Origin: Candidatus Aenigmatarchaeota archaeon
GTDB lineage: Archaea > Aenigmatarchaeota > Aenigmatarchaeia > Aenigmatarchaeales > JACQIB01
Assembly (NCBI GenBank): GCA_016198755.1
Contig: JACQIB010000005.1
Location: forward strand, 128,001 to 192,000
Direction: 5' to 3'
Length of the DNA stretch: 64,000 bases
Numbering within the stretch: position 1 is the stretch's first letter; the number at the start of each line of letters is the position of its first letter. Shown piece by piece: positions 1-9,715 of this stretch. The translations under genes were made by a program, and so were the position numbers. The notes under the pieces are model-generated. The model did no database searches and had not been told where the DNA came from. It saw nothing but the letters and a program-made list of their open reading frames with translations.

Positions 1-5
1 GAAAT

Positions 6-533
6 TTGCTTACATGGTTAGTAAAGCCTTTCACATACCTGCAGCAGATATTTTTCGGGGGCATTGGATACAGTATATTCTCAACCCTTACAAGGGTTGT
101 GCCTGCTTTTATTCTATCTGTTGTATTATACAAAATATTTTTCCCATCCTTCTATACTTTTCTATTTTTTATAGTGTCTCTGGCTTTTTCCTACCTTACA
201 GTATTTTTACTCTCTTTCATGTTCGGACTCTATGCTTTTTGGAGCAGGGGAAGTATCTTTGCAATAAGAAGGGTCAGGCAGACCGCTACTAACCTGCTTT
301 CAGGCTCTGTTATCCCTCTCGCCTTCTTTCCAGCATGGTTTGTTTCAGCAATCTCCTTCCTTCCCTTCCTTTCAGTTTATCACATACCACTCTCAGTTTA
401 CCTTGAAAAAATATCAGGACCAGAGATTTTCTTTGCTTTTGGACAGCAGATTATTTGGATAATTATCCTTTTGGGGCTTTCGAAATTCCTCTGGAAACGC
501 GCAACAAAAAAGTTTGAGGCTTTGGGTGGGTAA
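6..533 (+). CDS. ABC-2 family transporter permease (5'-truncated at window edge)
   Basis: Multi-pass hydrophobic ORF with LSGSVIPLAFFP motif and C-terminal GG; abuts a second permease. Confidence 0.8.
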   Translation: MLTWLVKPFTYLQQIFFGGIGYSIFSTLTRVVPAFILSVVLYKIFFPSFYTFLFFIVSLAFSYLTVFLLSFMFGLYAFWSRGSIFAIRRVRQTATNLLSGSVIPLAFFPAWFVSAISFLPFLSVYHIPLSVYLEKISGPEIFFAFGQQIIWIIILLGLSKFLWKRATKKFEALGG

Positions 534-1319
534 ATGAGAGCAATAGAATTAACAAAAGCCTATTTGCGCATAAATGTTTTGGAGTGGATGGAATACAAAT
601 GGGATTTCCTTATTGGGGTTCTTTCCATGCTATTTATGGAAATAACTCCTGCTATTTTTATCTGGGCGCTTTTCAGCAGGATTCAGGCAGTTAATGGCTG
701 GAGCTTTGGGCAGATACTGTTTATTATTGGACTGGCTGGAATGGCTACTGCTATATGGAGGGTTTTCTTTACTGGATTCTGGAACTTTGACAGGTTTATC
801 AGAATGGGTGGGCTGGACAGGACACTTCTTTACCCTATCAATCCTTTGCTGCACATAAATGCTGTAAGTGTCTGGGCTGATGGGTTGGGAAATGTTATCG
901 CATCTGCAATTATTCTTTCCTATGCTTCTGCCGCTGCAGGCATACACTGGACAGCTCTAAGCCTGCTCCTCTTTTTCATTGTTTCTGTATCAGCTTCGCT
1001 TATACTAATGGCTCTAACAGTTATTCCTGCACTAGCAGCCTTCTGGACAATGCGTTCTGCTGTTTTTGCTGAGATTATCTGGCATTTTAAGAAGTTTTTG
1101 GATTATCCACTGGACATTTACGGCACAGCAATAACATTTTTCATGACATTTATACTTCCACTCGGTTTCGTAAACTTCTATCCAGCCCAAATATTTTTAG
1201 GCACAGGAAAGTATATGGAACTTGCCTTTCTTTCCCCGCTTGTAGCCCTTATTCTTATCGGCCTCACTATTTTGGTCTGGAAACAGGGATTGAAAGTTTA
1301 CGCAAGCACTGGAAGTTAG
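534..1319 (+). CDS. ABC-2 family transporter permease
   Basis: About 6 TM segments, GGLDRTLLYPINPL and YPLDIY motifs, ends YASTGS. Confidence 0.85.
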   Translation: MRAIELTKAYLRINVLEWMEYKWDFLIGVLSMLFMEITPAIFIWALFSRIQAVNGWSFGQILFIIGLAGMATAIWRVFFTGFWNFDRFIRMGGLDRTLLYPINPLLHINAVSVWADGLGNVIASAIILSYASAAAGIHWTALSLLLFFIVSVSASLILMALTVIPALAAFWTMRSAVFAEIIWHFKKFLDYPLDIYGTAITFFMTFILPLGFVNFYPAQIFLGTGKYMELAFLSPLVALILIGLTILVWKQGLKVYASTGS

Positions 1320-3058
1320 AGAAAGTATTTCCCTGAAGAACGCTGATCCTGGTCTAATTGGGAACCTGGTTTGTTTGCCCTCGGTCTTCCAGTCTGGGGG
1401 TCTTTTCTGAAAGTTACTCCAACTTGCTGTAAAAATTTATTCATCCCCTCACCTAGCTTGCAGGGCTCTGCTTTCCCCTCCTTTCCTTGGGAACCTGTGA
1501 ACAAAATCCCCGAATCAGCTAAATAGGATAAAAAAAGCAGATCATGATCTATTACCATTGCAGAAGCTTCGCGCACTTCGCAGACTTTCCTTATTGCTTT
1601 TGCAACAGCAATCCTTTGCTCTGAGTCTAAAAAAGCAGAAGGCTCGTCCAGCAAAAACAGCTTAACTGGCCTGCTTAAACAGAGAGCTATTGCAACTCTC
1701 TGCAACTCCCCTCCGGAAAGGGTTTTAACTTCTCTTTGCATTAGCCACTCTAATCCCAACGGGCCTATTAACTGGGAACGAAATTCCTCCCCGTAAGGAT
1801 TTGTTACTGTTGACAAAAGCTCTTCCACAGTCCCTGCTGTTGCTGACAAATATTGAGGTTTGTATGAAATTTTCTCTTTTGCACTTATTGTTCCTTCTGC
1901 TTCAAGTTCCCCCGCCAGAATGCGCGCGAAAGTTGTTTTTCCCAGCCCATTTGCACCGAAAATACCAACAACTTCACCCTTTAGCAATTTCCCATCTCCT
2001 ACCTGCAAAGAGAATGAACCCTGTTTTATCTTTAGGTCTGCCCATTCCAAAATCGGGGTTTGTTTAAAGCTGGGAGCGCTTTTTTGTAGAGAAAAGTTCA
2101 ACGCCTCAGTACGGAAACGCATGTTTTCATCTTTCAAATAACCATCTAAGAAAGCGTTTATTCCGACCCTTACGGAGTAGGGAGCAGAAACAATGCCATA
2201 TACAGCTGGAACCCCATAGAAAATATGGATTCTGTCAGCAACCATATCCAGAGTTGCTAAATCATGTTCCACAACAAGGACAGCTGCTGTTTTTGCAAGC
2301 TCCCTTAACAATTTAGCCATCCGCAGCCTTTGATAAACGTCCAGATAGGAAGAAGGCTCATCAAAATAGTAAACATCAGCCTTTCTTTCAGCTGCAACAG
2401 CAATTGCCAATCTTTGTAGTTCGCCTCCGGAAAGTTGTTTTGGAATCCTGTTTAAAAGTTCTTTCAGTCCAAGCATTTCTTCAACAGTCTTGCGCATGTT
2501 TGTTTCATTATACTTTTCCAAAATCTCATCAACAGTTCCTTTAATCTCAGATAAAAATTCAATATTCTGCGGCTTTGTTACTGTTTTAACTGTTCCTTTT
2601 TCAAGATTTTCCAGATAAGATTGCAGCTCTGTGCCGCGGAACATTTTTATTAATTCCCTCTTATCAACTTCCTTCTCTGTCCCAAAGTTTGGCTTTATTT
2701 CCCCTGTCAAAATCCTGAGAGCAGTTGTCTTACCCATGCCGTTTGGGCCTAACAACCCTACAACTTCTCCCTTCATTGGATATGGTAATCTGAAAAGAGC
2801 AAAGCTGTTAACACCGAAACGCTGCATTGGCTTTTCTTTTAGCTGTTCGGGAGTTCTGACAATTTCTATTGCATGGAAGGGACAAGCTTTTATACATAAT
2901 CCGCAATCAATGCACAAATCCTCAGAAATATTAGACTTACCATTCTCCCCTATCCAAATACACTTATCACCTGCTCTGTTTATAGGGCAGACTGATATAC
3001 ATTCCAAGTGGCACTTCTTCGGCTGGCATGTTTCCCTTTGTACAACTGCTACTCGCAT
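1316..3058 (-). CDS. rli: Ribosome recycling ATPase ABCE1 (RLI)
   Basis: N-terminal Fe-S Cys clusters, two Walker A motifs (GPNGMGKT, GANGLGKT), two LSGGELQR, FRKDPQTGRPRANK. Confidence 0.97.
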   Translation of the reverse strand: MRVAVVQRETCQPKKCHLECISVCPINRAGDKCIWIGENGKSNISEDLCIDCGLCIKACPFHAIEIVRTPEQLKEKPMQRFGVNSFALFRLPYPMKGEVVGLLGPNGMGKTTALRILTGEIKPNFGTEKEVDKRELIKMFRGTELQSYLENLEKGTVKTVTKPQNIEFLSEIKGTVDEILEKYNETNMRKTVEEMLGLKELLNRIPKQLSGGELQRLAIAVAAERKADVYYFDEPSSYLDVYQRLRMAKLLRELAKTAAVLVVEHDLATLDMVADRIHIFYGVPAVYGIVSAPYSVRVGINAFLDGYLKDENMRFRTEALNFSLQKSAPSFKQTPILEWADLKIKQGSFSLQVGDGKLLKGEVVGIFGANGLGKTTFARILAGELEAEGTISAKEKISYKPQYLSATAGTVEELLSTVTNPYGEEFRSQLIGPLGLEWLMQREVKTLSGGELQRVAIALCLSRPVKLFLLDEPSAFLDSEQRIAVAKAIRKVCEVREASAMVIDHDLLFLSYLADSGILFTGSQGKEGKAEPCKLGEGMNKFLQQVGVTFRKDPQTGRPRANKPGSQLDQDQRSSGKYFL

Positions 3059-3067
3059 TCAAGTTTG

Positions 3068-3583
3068 TTATGCTGGGGCTTTTAAATCCTTTCCTTCTGG
3101 CCCGGAATCCTTTTCTTTTGGTCTGGTTAAAAGGTCCAAAGCTGCAAGATGTGCAGCTACTTGCATAGAAAGCCTGCTGGCAGCATACGTATGTCTTGCC
3201 CATGTAACAAAATAATCTGGAACCTGTACCTTTTCTGGGCCGTAAACAATCTCTCGCGGTCCAGCTGGCTTGAGAGATTTTCTGAATTCTGAATAAGCTT
3301 TATCTGCTTTAGGCCAAACAGCTAGTTCAGATGTTAGAGACTCTGGAGAAGCTTGAAGTATTAACACTCTGCTAAGGTCGTTAATTGGCTTAGGAGATCT
3401 TAGGAACAGCCTCCTTTCAACATACAGAACTACACCCTCAATTTGGACGCCTATATCTGCAACATAAAGTACTTTGCTTTTGCCTGAACCATGTGTTTCA
3501 GCACCATGGACAACTCCGCTTTGCCTATACCTTAGAAACTGCGCATCCAGCATACCAGGAACTTCAGCTCTGCCTTTAACCAT
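3068..3583 (-). CDS. Hypothetical protein
   Basis: 171-aa ORF with TTTAAA box 30 nt upstream of ATG; no motif recognised. Confidence 0.6.
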   Translation of the reverse strand: MVKGRAEVPGMLDAQFLRYRQSGVVHGAETHGSGKSKVLYVADIGVQIEGVVLYVERRLFLRSPKPINDLSRVLILQASPESLTSELAVWPKADKAYSEFRKSLKPAGPREIVYGPEKVQVPDYFVTWARHTYAASRLSMQVAAHLAALDLLTRPKEKDSGPEGKDLKAPA

Positions 3584-3627
3584 TCAATGTTCTTTGGAGG
3601 AAAGGGATTTAAACTCCACGTAGAACT

Positions 3628-4152
3628 CTAAGCAACTCGTGCAACTTCAACTCCTCTTTCAAAGGGACGTGTACTTGTTTCTATACGTGGCAGGGAATCC
3701 ACGAGACTTGAAATATAGGGTGGAAACTGATCTTTGAGCAACCTTCCAGGTCTGGAAAGTGCGGCTATAACATCTGCAGGCACTTGAACATTCTCGCTGG
3801 ATGGCTTGGTTTTAAACCTCCTTAAAAATTCAGTATATTCAATGTCTGCACCATCCCTAGCACCCAGAACATTAAGTGCAACCTCATGCCTGGGCACTTG
3901 AACATATTCTTTTCTTCCAAGACTTCCTTTTGCAAGAGCTAGGCCAACAGACACTGCTGTGCTAGTGTCTGTTTGAGCAAAAGTCCCATGCGGAGCATAC
4001 AGAGCAATTTCTTGCCATCTATAATTCCTATCAGGCCCGAATCCACTGCCAAGCATCAATCCTTCAAGATTGTATCTAACAATAAATCCATCAAAAGTAT
4101 CTTCCGCAGGAGTTCTGGTACCCCGTTTTCCGCTCTTTCCTTCGCTGTGCAT
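3628..4152 (-). CDS. Hypothetical protein
   Basis: 174-aa ORF with TTTAAA box 30 nt upstream. Confidence 0.6.
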   Translation of the reverse strand: MHSEGKSGKRGTRTPAEDTFDGFIVRYNLEGLMLGSGFGPDRNYRWQEIALYAPHGTFAQTDTSTAVSVGLALAKGSLGRKEYVQVPRHEVALNVLGARDGADIEYTEFLRRFKTKPSSENVQVPADVIAALSRPGRLLKDQFPPYISSLVDSLPRIETSTRPFERGVEVARVA

Positions 4153-4188
4153 AATTAAATAGATTGCACGAAAGGATTTAAATGCAAT

Positions 4189-4620
4189 TCAGCCTGTTTT
4201 TATTAGTCTTGGAATAGCTTTTTTCAGACGGGCTTCTGCAATCGCAGGAGAAGCCACATGATACATATCATTTACAACATCTATGGGTAGGTGCAATTCT
4301 CTCCTTGTTATTTTACGTGGGGGTTTGTAGTCTCTTGGCTCTAGTAAGAATGTTTTATAAACGGCTTCTGCATCAGATCCGGCAAAACAACTCATGGACG
4401 GCTTGCCAGGCCTGACAAGGTTGTTGGCATCTGTATTTATGGCAGAACATCTAAGGGCAAGAGACTCTCCTGTCGGTCCTTTTGGAACATAAATTAATGT
4501 TTGAATATTATCTACGGGAACCATTCCTTGTCCATGATAAATTGCTACGCTAGTATACTCTATAATCTCTGCTCTAACACTATCTGTATGTGGAGAACTG
4601 GATTGTTTGCCTCGGGGCAT
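4189..4620 (-). CDS. Hypothetical protein
   Basis: 143-aa ORF with TATAAATA box upstream. Confidence 0.6.
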   Translation of the reverse strand: MPRGKQSSSPHTDSVRAEIIEYTSVAIYHGQGMVPVDNIQTLIYVPKGPTGESLALRCSAINTDANNLVRPGKPSMSCFAGSDAEAVYKTFLLEPRDYKPPRKITRRELHLPIDVVNDMYHVASPAIAEARLKKAIPRLIKTG

Positions 4621-4657
4621 GATACAAATAGAACAGCAAAAGTATTTATAGCTTAAC

Positions 4658-5155
4658 TTAAGGTTCTGTGAGAAGCTCTGCGCGCTTCCCGAAAAGGGTT
4701 TGTGCTACATTGGAAAATGTTTCAGAAGATAACGGGGGCTTTCCTTTTGTGGTTTTTATTCTAACTCTTAAAATTTCGCCTGTAGGTGTATAAAGTTTAT
4801 TTATTCCAACAACAGCAGCAGGTGTTAACAAACTCTGAAGAAAAGAATTAAAATCCCCCTCTTCTAAAACCCTTATTGGTTTTCCAAACTGCTTTGCAAG
4901 AGCTTTTACAACAGCTCCTCCTTTTCCAACTAATTTCGAGCCATGTCCTTTCCCTGCTACCAAAAGCAAAATGTCAGAATCAACAGCCCTCTTCAATTGG
5001 GCATCAGAAAGGTTAGTATGCTTTTCAGCTAAATTATGTAAAAATCTGGAAATTTCAACTTCTTTCTGTGTTAAAGCGCCTGTGGAAAGCTTGTTGTTGC
5101 AGCCTGCACACAGCATATCTGAGCTTAAACATACTGAACATAACGGGAAATCCAT
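4658..5155 (-). CDS. Archaeal NusA-like Zn-finger/KH RNA-binding protein
   Basis: CxxC-x6-CxxC N-terminus and KH motif LVGKGGAVVK. Confidence 0.8.
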   Translation of the reverse strand: MDFPLCSVCLSSDMLCAGCNNKLSTGALTQKEVEISRFLHNLAEKHTNLSDAQLKRAVDSDILLLVAGKGHGSKLVGKGGAVVKALAKQFGKPIRVLEEGDFNSFLQSLLTPAAVVGINKLYTPTGEILRVRIKTTKGKPPLSSETFSNVAQTLFGKRAELLTEP

Positions 5156-5250
5156 GGGATTTATTGTAAACGCTAATTTATATAAACATTGCTAAGCTGT
5201 GAAAGGGACGGCAGCAAACCAATTTAAGCACATGCAGACAACTGCTTCGC

Positions 5251-6447
5251 ATGCTAATTGGTCTGGTTGGGGCTCCGAGCAAGGGGAAAAGTAGCTTTTT
5301 CAAAGCAGCTACCATGGCTGATGTTGCTATCGCTTCCTACCCGTTTACAACAATTTCACCGAACCATGGAGTTGGTTTTGTAAGGGTTGAATGTGTTGAG
5401 AGAGAACTGAAAGTAAAGTGTAACCCCAGAGTTGGGGTTTGCAGGGGAGGAATAAGGTTTGTTCCTGTGGATTTGATAGATGTGGCTGGATTGGTTCCGG
5501 GTGCGCATGAGGGGAAGGGGCTGGGAAACCAATTCCTTTCAGATTTGAATCAGGCTGATGTTCTTATACAGATTATAGACTGTTCCGGAACAACTGACGA
5601 AAAGGGTGAATCCGCAACAGGGTATGATCCTGCAAAGGAAATTAAGTTTTTGGAGGAGGAGATTGAGCTGTGGTTTGCAGGTATTTTGAGGAAGGGATGG
5701 GAGAAATTTGCGCGTGTGGTACAGGGAAAGGGAGAGGAAATAGAAGTTGCATTAGCTAAACAATTGTCTGCGTTAAAAGTTACTGAAAATCTTGTAGCAG
5801 AGGGTATAAGAGAACTTAAGTTGGATAGGGAAAGGCCTGAGGGTTGGACTGGGGAGCAGTTAATAGAATTAGCAAGGATTTTCAGGAAGGCAACAAAACC
5901 TATTGTTATTGCCTGCAACAAAATAGACCTTCCGGGAGCTGCTGATAATTTTAAGCTGTTAAAAGAACAGTTTCCTGGTAGGATTCTTGTAGCATGCTCA
6001 GCGCAGGCGGAAATAGCGCTGAAAGAAGCTGATAAAAAAGGGTTAATAGATTATAGGGCTGGGGACAAAAGCTTTGAGGTAAAGCAGCCTGAAAAGATTA
6101 GCAGGATACAAATGCAGGGACTGGACTTTATACGCAGGAATGTGTTGGAAGTTTTCGGCTCAACTGGAATACAGGAGTGCTTAGATAAGGCCGTGTTTGA
6201 ACTGTTAAAATATTCTGCGGTTTTTCCCGGAGGTATTTCTAAACTGGCTGATTCTCAGGGAAGAGTTCTGCCGGATTGCTTTCTTTTTTCTCCGGGTTCC
6301 AATGCTCTGGATTTTGCAAATAAAATACACGGGGATCTGGCAAAACACTTTTTGTATGCTATGAATGTTAAAATAAGGCAGAGAGTTGGAAAGGACTATA
6401 TTCTCAGGAACAGGGATGTTATAGAGATTGTTTCAGCTGCAAAATAA
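5251..6447 (+). CDS. ychF: Obg-family YchF-like GTPase/ATPase with TGS domain
   Basis: GAPSKGKS, YPFTTI, DVAGLVPGAHEGKGLGNQFL, NKID. Confidence 0.92.
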   Translation: MLIGLVGAPSKGKSSFFKAATMADVAIASYPFTTISPNHGVGFVRVECVERELKVKCNPRVGVCRGGIRFVPVDLIDVAGLVPGAHEGKGLGNQFLSDLNQADVLIQIIDCSGTTDEKGESATGYDPAKEIKFLEEEIELWFAGILRKGWEKFARVVQGKGEEIEVALAKQLSALKVTENLVAEGIRELKLDRERPEGWTGEQLIELARIFRKATKPIVIACNKIDLPGAADNFKLLKEQFPGRILVACSAQAEIALKEADKKGLIDYRAGDKSFEVKQPEKISRIQMQGLDFIRRNVLEVFGSTGIQECLDKAVFELLKYSAVFPGGISKLADSQGRVLPDCFLFSPGSNALDFANKIHGDLAKHFLYAMNVKIRQRVGKDYILRNRDVIEIVSAAK

Positions 6448-6455
6448 TTCCAGGG

Positions 6456-7859
6456 CTAGGTTTTTCTTAATATAACTTCCCTGACAAATTTTTTGTTCCA
6501 GCAGTTCAGGCAGTGACCTGCATACTGGACTTCCCTATAAACACCGCGGGCAGGGTAGACTGCAACTGCTTTCAGGAACAGGTCTGAAACATGATTTTCC
6601 TGCCTTGTTCTCAGCTCCTTAAGGGAATGTATGAAAAGTGCAGAGAAAGAACCGCGCAGGATAAAGGAAATTAAAAGCATGATTTGAAAGCCTGTAAAAA
6701 TAAGGAAAATTTGGGAGGAAAAGAAGTCTAACAGAAAACCGCCGGCTACAGGACCAATAAAAAGAGATAGGGAAGTAAAAAACCTGAAGTTGGAAATGTA
6801 AACGGGTCTTTTTGCCTGAGGCGTGGAATCTAGAAGATAATTAAAGGTTGAGAGGTCAAAGCCTGCCCAGCCAAAGCCGGAAAGTATTCCTGCAATTATC
6901 ATTTGTATTATAACCACAGCTAAAGAACCGCCTATAAACATCCATATAAAGGGGACGAGAGTTATCAGGATAGAAGTTATTCCCAATGTTGTCCTGTCTC
7001 CGAATCTGTCAGAAAATTTACCCCAGTATTTAAGGGAAAGGACGCTTGAAAGCACTTCAACAGCAGTCACAACTGCATACCATTCATACCCAATTTTCAG
7101 TGTCTGGAGCATGTAAACTGCGAAAAAAGGAGATACAAAGAAAACAGCAAACTGCAGGAGTGTAAGATAGCTCACAAATTTTGAAAAGTTCCTGTTCTTT
7201 TTGAACTCTTCCCTGAACTCTGAGAGAAGGAAATGTGTTCTTTCATGTTTCACATGGACAGGCTGGGGATATTTGGGTTCTGGTATCTTAGATAGGAAAT
7301 ATCTGCCTAAGAGTCCGCTTACAATTGCTATCAAGAACACTATAGCAAATCCCAATCCGGTTTTGTAAGCGCCTAAAAACCAGCCCACAATAAGAGTTGA
7401 GAAGAAAGTAACCAACCCTATATAAAAATTCCTTGTGCCAAAGAAAATGCCGCGCAGTTTTGATGGAACTAAATCACCAAACCAGCTTATCCAGGCTGTG
7501 CTTACAATGCTGTAGGAAACCTGAGAGACTGAAAGCAAAATTATTAAAGGTATAAGGAAGTTTCCTGAAAAGAGAAAGGGGAGCATCAAAATACCCAGCC
7601 AGGGAAAGGTTTTCAGAAAAATATGATCTTTGCAGACCTTTTTCCTTGAACCTGATTTTTCTATTAAATGGCCTGCAAAAGGCTGCAGAAAGCTCTGCGC
7701 AAGCCTTGGTATACCTGTTATTAACCCTATAGAGGAGTTGGAAGCCCCGAGAAATATGGCAAAGGGTACAAGGTAAGTTGAAGTTATGCTGTCGAAAATA
7801 GATGCAAACGAGCCATCAATTATAGAGCGTTTCTCTATACTCTTCGAGAATTTCTGCAT
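6456..7859 (-). CDS. MFS transporter
   Basis: About 12 TM helices, GKFSDRFGDR MFS loop motif. Confidence 0.88.
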   Translation of the reverse strand: MQKFSKSIEKRSIIDGSFASIFDSITSTYLVPFAIFLGASNSSIGLITGIPRLAQSFLQPFAGHLIEKSGSRKKVCKDHIFLKTFPWLGILMLPFLFSGNFLIPLIILLSVSQVSYSIVSTAWISWFGDLVPSKLRGIFFGTRNFYIGLVTFFSTLIVGWFLGAYKTGLGFAIVFLIAIVSGLLGRYFLSKIPEPKYPQPVHVKHERTHFLLSEFREEFKKNRNFSKFVSYLTLLQFAVFFVSPFFAVYMLQTLKIGYEWYAVVTAVEVLSSVLSLKYWGKFSDRFGDRTTLGITSILITLVPFIWMFIGGSLAVVIIQMIIAGILSGFGWAGFDLSTFNYLLDSTPQAKRPVYISNFRFFTSLSLFIGPVAGGFLLDFFSSQIFLIFTGFQIMLLISFILRGSFSALFIHSLKELRTRQENHVSDLFLKAVAVYPARGVYREVQYAGHCLNCWNKKFVREVILRKT

Positions 7860-7900
7860 TCATAGAATTTCATATAGTCTACTTAAAAGTCTTCCTATTA

Positions 7901-8131
7901 TTACTTCCTTCCGCCTTTCAATTCCTCAGATTCTATCCAAATCAGCAAAAGCCCTAAAAGAACTAATCCAAGCGGAACTATACCTTTGATTATTGTCCAT
8001 AAATCCCTCCAGAGAGCAAACTTTGGGCCTGGCAAAAAAGCAAGCCAACTTGCTGGAAGGATAAGCCAAAGGCCAGCTAGAATAATAATAATTCCAACTA
8101 TCATTTTTACAAGGGCTGATGCTGAACTCAT
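7901..8131 (-). CDS. Small two-TM membrane protein
   Basis: Two hydrophobic helices, TTTAAA box upstream. Confidence 0.7.
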   Translation of the reverse strand: MSSASALVKMIVGIIIILAGLWLILPASWLAFLPGPKFALWRDLWTIIKGIVPLGLVLLGLLLIWIESEELKGGRK

Positions 8132-8282
8132 ACTTAATCTATCTGCATAGTTGATTTAAATATGTTACTGAATATGACACCTTAAAGGAAAAAATAGCTG
8201 ACGTGTAAATATTTTTTCTACGGCAGAAAGCATATTCTGGGCAACATAAATGAATATATGCTTGCGCCTGTCTATTTTCCGC

Positions 8283-8852
8283 ATGCGAGATTACTCCCAT
8301 TATATGGAAGTTATATCAGGTCCTATGTTTTCCGGAAAAACAACAGAACTTTTAAGGCAGTATGAAATATTCAAGAAGTGTATTTTCCCAATACAGGTTT
8401 TCAGGTGGGTTGAAGATGGAAGGTATGGAGATGGTGTTAAAACACATGCTGGCCACAGCTTTAACAAGGATGATATTTTTCTTGCAAAAACATCTGAGGA
8501 TATAAGGACATTGCTAAAGCCAGATACAAAGGTTGTAATGGTTGATGAGGGGCAATTTTTTGATTCTGGTTTGCCTTCCCTTCTAGAGGAGCTTTCTAAC
8601 AGGGGTGTTATAGTTATCGCAACAGTTCTCCCAACAGACTATAGGGGGGAACCTTTTGGTATTTCACCCCAGCTTCTTGCTCGGGCAGATCATGTGGTTT
8701 CCCTGAACGCGCGCTGTATGTACCCAGAGAATGGGAAGCTTTGTTTAAGGCCTGCAACAAAATCCTCAAGGATAGTAAATATTCCGGGGCAAGTTCTGGT
8801 TGGTGGTTCTGAGTATTATGAGCCGCGCTGCAGGCAGCACCACACAAAATAA
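8283..8852 (+). CDS. tdk: Thymidine kinase (TK1 type)
   Basis: GPMFSGKTTEL, VDEGQFF, Zn lasso C...C and CRQH; start moved to ATG 8283. Confidence 0.95.
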   Translation: MRDYSHYMEVISGPMFSGKTTELLRQYEIFKKCIFPIQVFRWVEDGRYGDGVKTHAGHSFNKDDIFLAKTSEDIRTLLKPDTKVVMVDEGQFFDSGLPSLLEELSNRGVIVIATVLPTDYRGEPFGISPQLLARADHVVSLNARCMYPENGKLCLRPATKSSRIVNIPGQVLVGGSEYYEPRCRQHHTK

Positions 8853-9587
8853 TCAGGCTTCTTCCCCGTTTGTTTCAGTTCCCTCGAAAGCGCTCACAAC
8901 CATTTTCCCTGAGTCTGTAACTTCAGCAAATATTTTTCCGGATTTGAATGTGGTTTTCAGAAAACCCATGTCAGCAAGCTTTTTCAGGTAATAATTAACT
9001 TTTGATCTGTTAGTGCTTTTTAGAAAAGGTTTTGTTCTGTCCACCAGCTCTGTTATTGATATTGAATTGACAGCTGCTATTATTTTCAATAGTTTCAGCT
9101 CAACCTTTAGCAAATAGGATATAGGCAGCAACGGAACATCCACAACTTCCCTTCCGCCATAGGAAATAAAACGGTCTTCCTTTTTGAAAATTTCATCGTA
9201 CTTTTCCGGTATAACATAGTAGGCTTTTGCTCTGGTTAAAGAGGCTGCGAAAATTGCTGCTGAAGTTACAATATGGGAGCCTGAAGAAATGTTTAGGTAA
9301 ATAGAATTTCCTTTTGCCTGTTCCTCTTTTATTGTTTTCAATATTCCTCTGAAACAGTCAAAATAATCCTCGTATACAACCTCTATTTTTTTGAAATCAA
9401 AATATTTTGAGAACTCCTTTATTATTTTTTCCCCCACAGATTTTGTTTTAATGTTCCACCAGTCCTCTATTGAACCTGCTTTGGCTTTTCCTGGAACAAC
9501 AAGATAAACTTTGTCTGCCCCAAGCTTCATGCAGCCGTATATGCTTCTTTCAGAATCCCAGCCTAAAGTTAGAATGTGTACCTTCAT
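8853..9587 (-). CDS. CARF-like (DUF6293/HFX_2341-type) wHTH transcriptional regulator
   Basis: Rossmann-like N-terminus with LNISSGSHI and AYYVIPEKY; C-terminal wHTH (VNYYLKKLADMGFL ... VTDSGK). Confidence 0.75.
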   Translation of the reverse strand: MKVHILTLGWDSERSIYGCMKLGADKVYLVVPGKAKAGSIEDWWNIKTKSVGEKIIKEFSKYFDFKKIEVVYEDYFDCFRGILKTIKEEQAKGNSIYLNISSGSHIVTSAAIFAASLTRAKAYYVIPEKYDEIFKKEDRFISYGGREVVDVPLLPISYLLKVELKLLKIIAAVNSISITELVDRTKPFLKSTNRSKVNYYLKKLADMGFLKTTFKSGKIFAEVTDSGKMVVSAFEGTETNGEEA

Positions 9588-9715
9588 TTTCCCACAGACT
9601 AGTTTGTGGTTCAGGGTTTTAAATAGAAGTTGGCTGCATTGGAAAATTTATTTACATGTAAAATTTTTATTGTTTTTAATTTAAGCTTTTAAGACTGTGC
9701 TGTGAGTTGTTTTTA

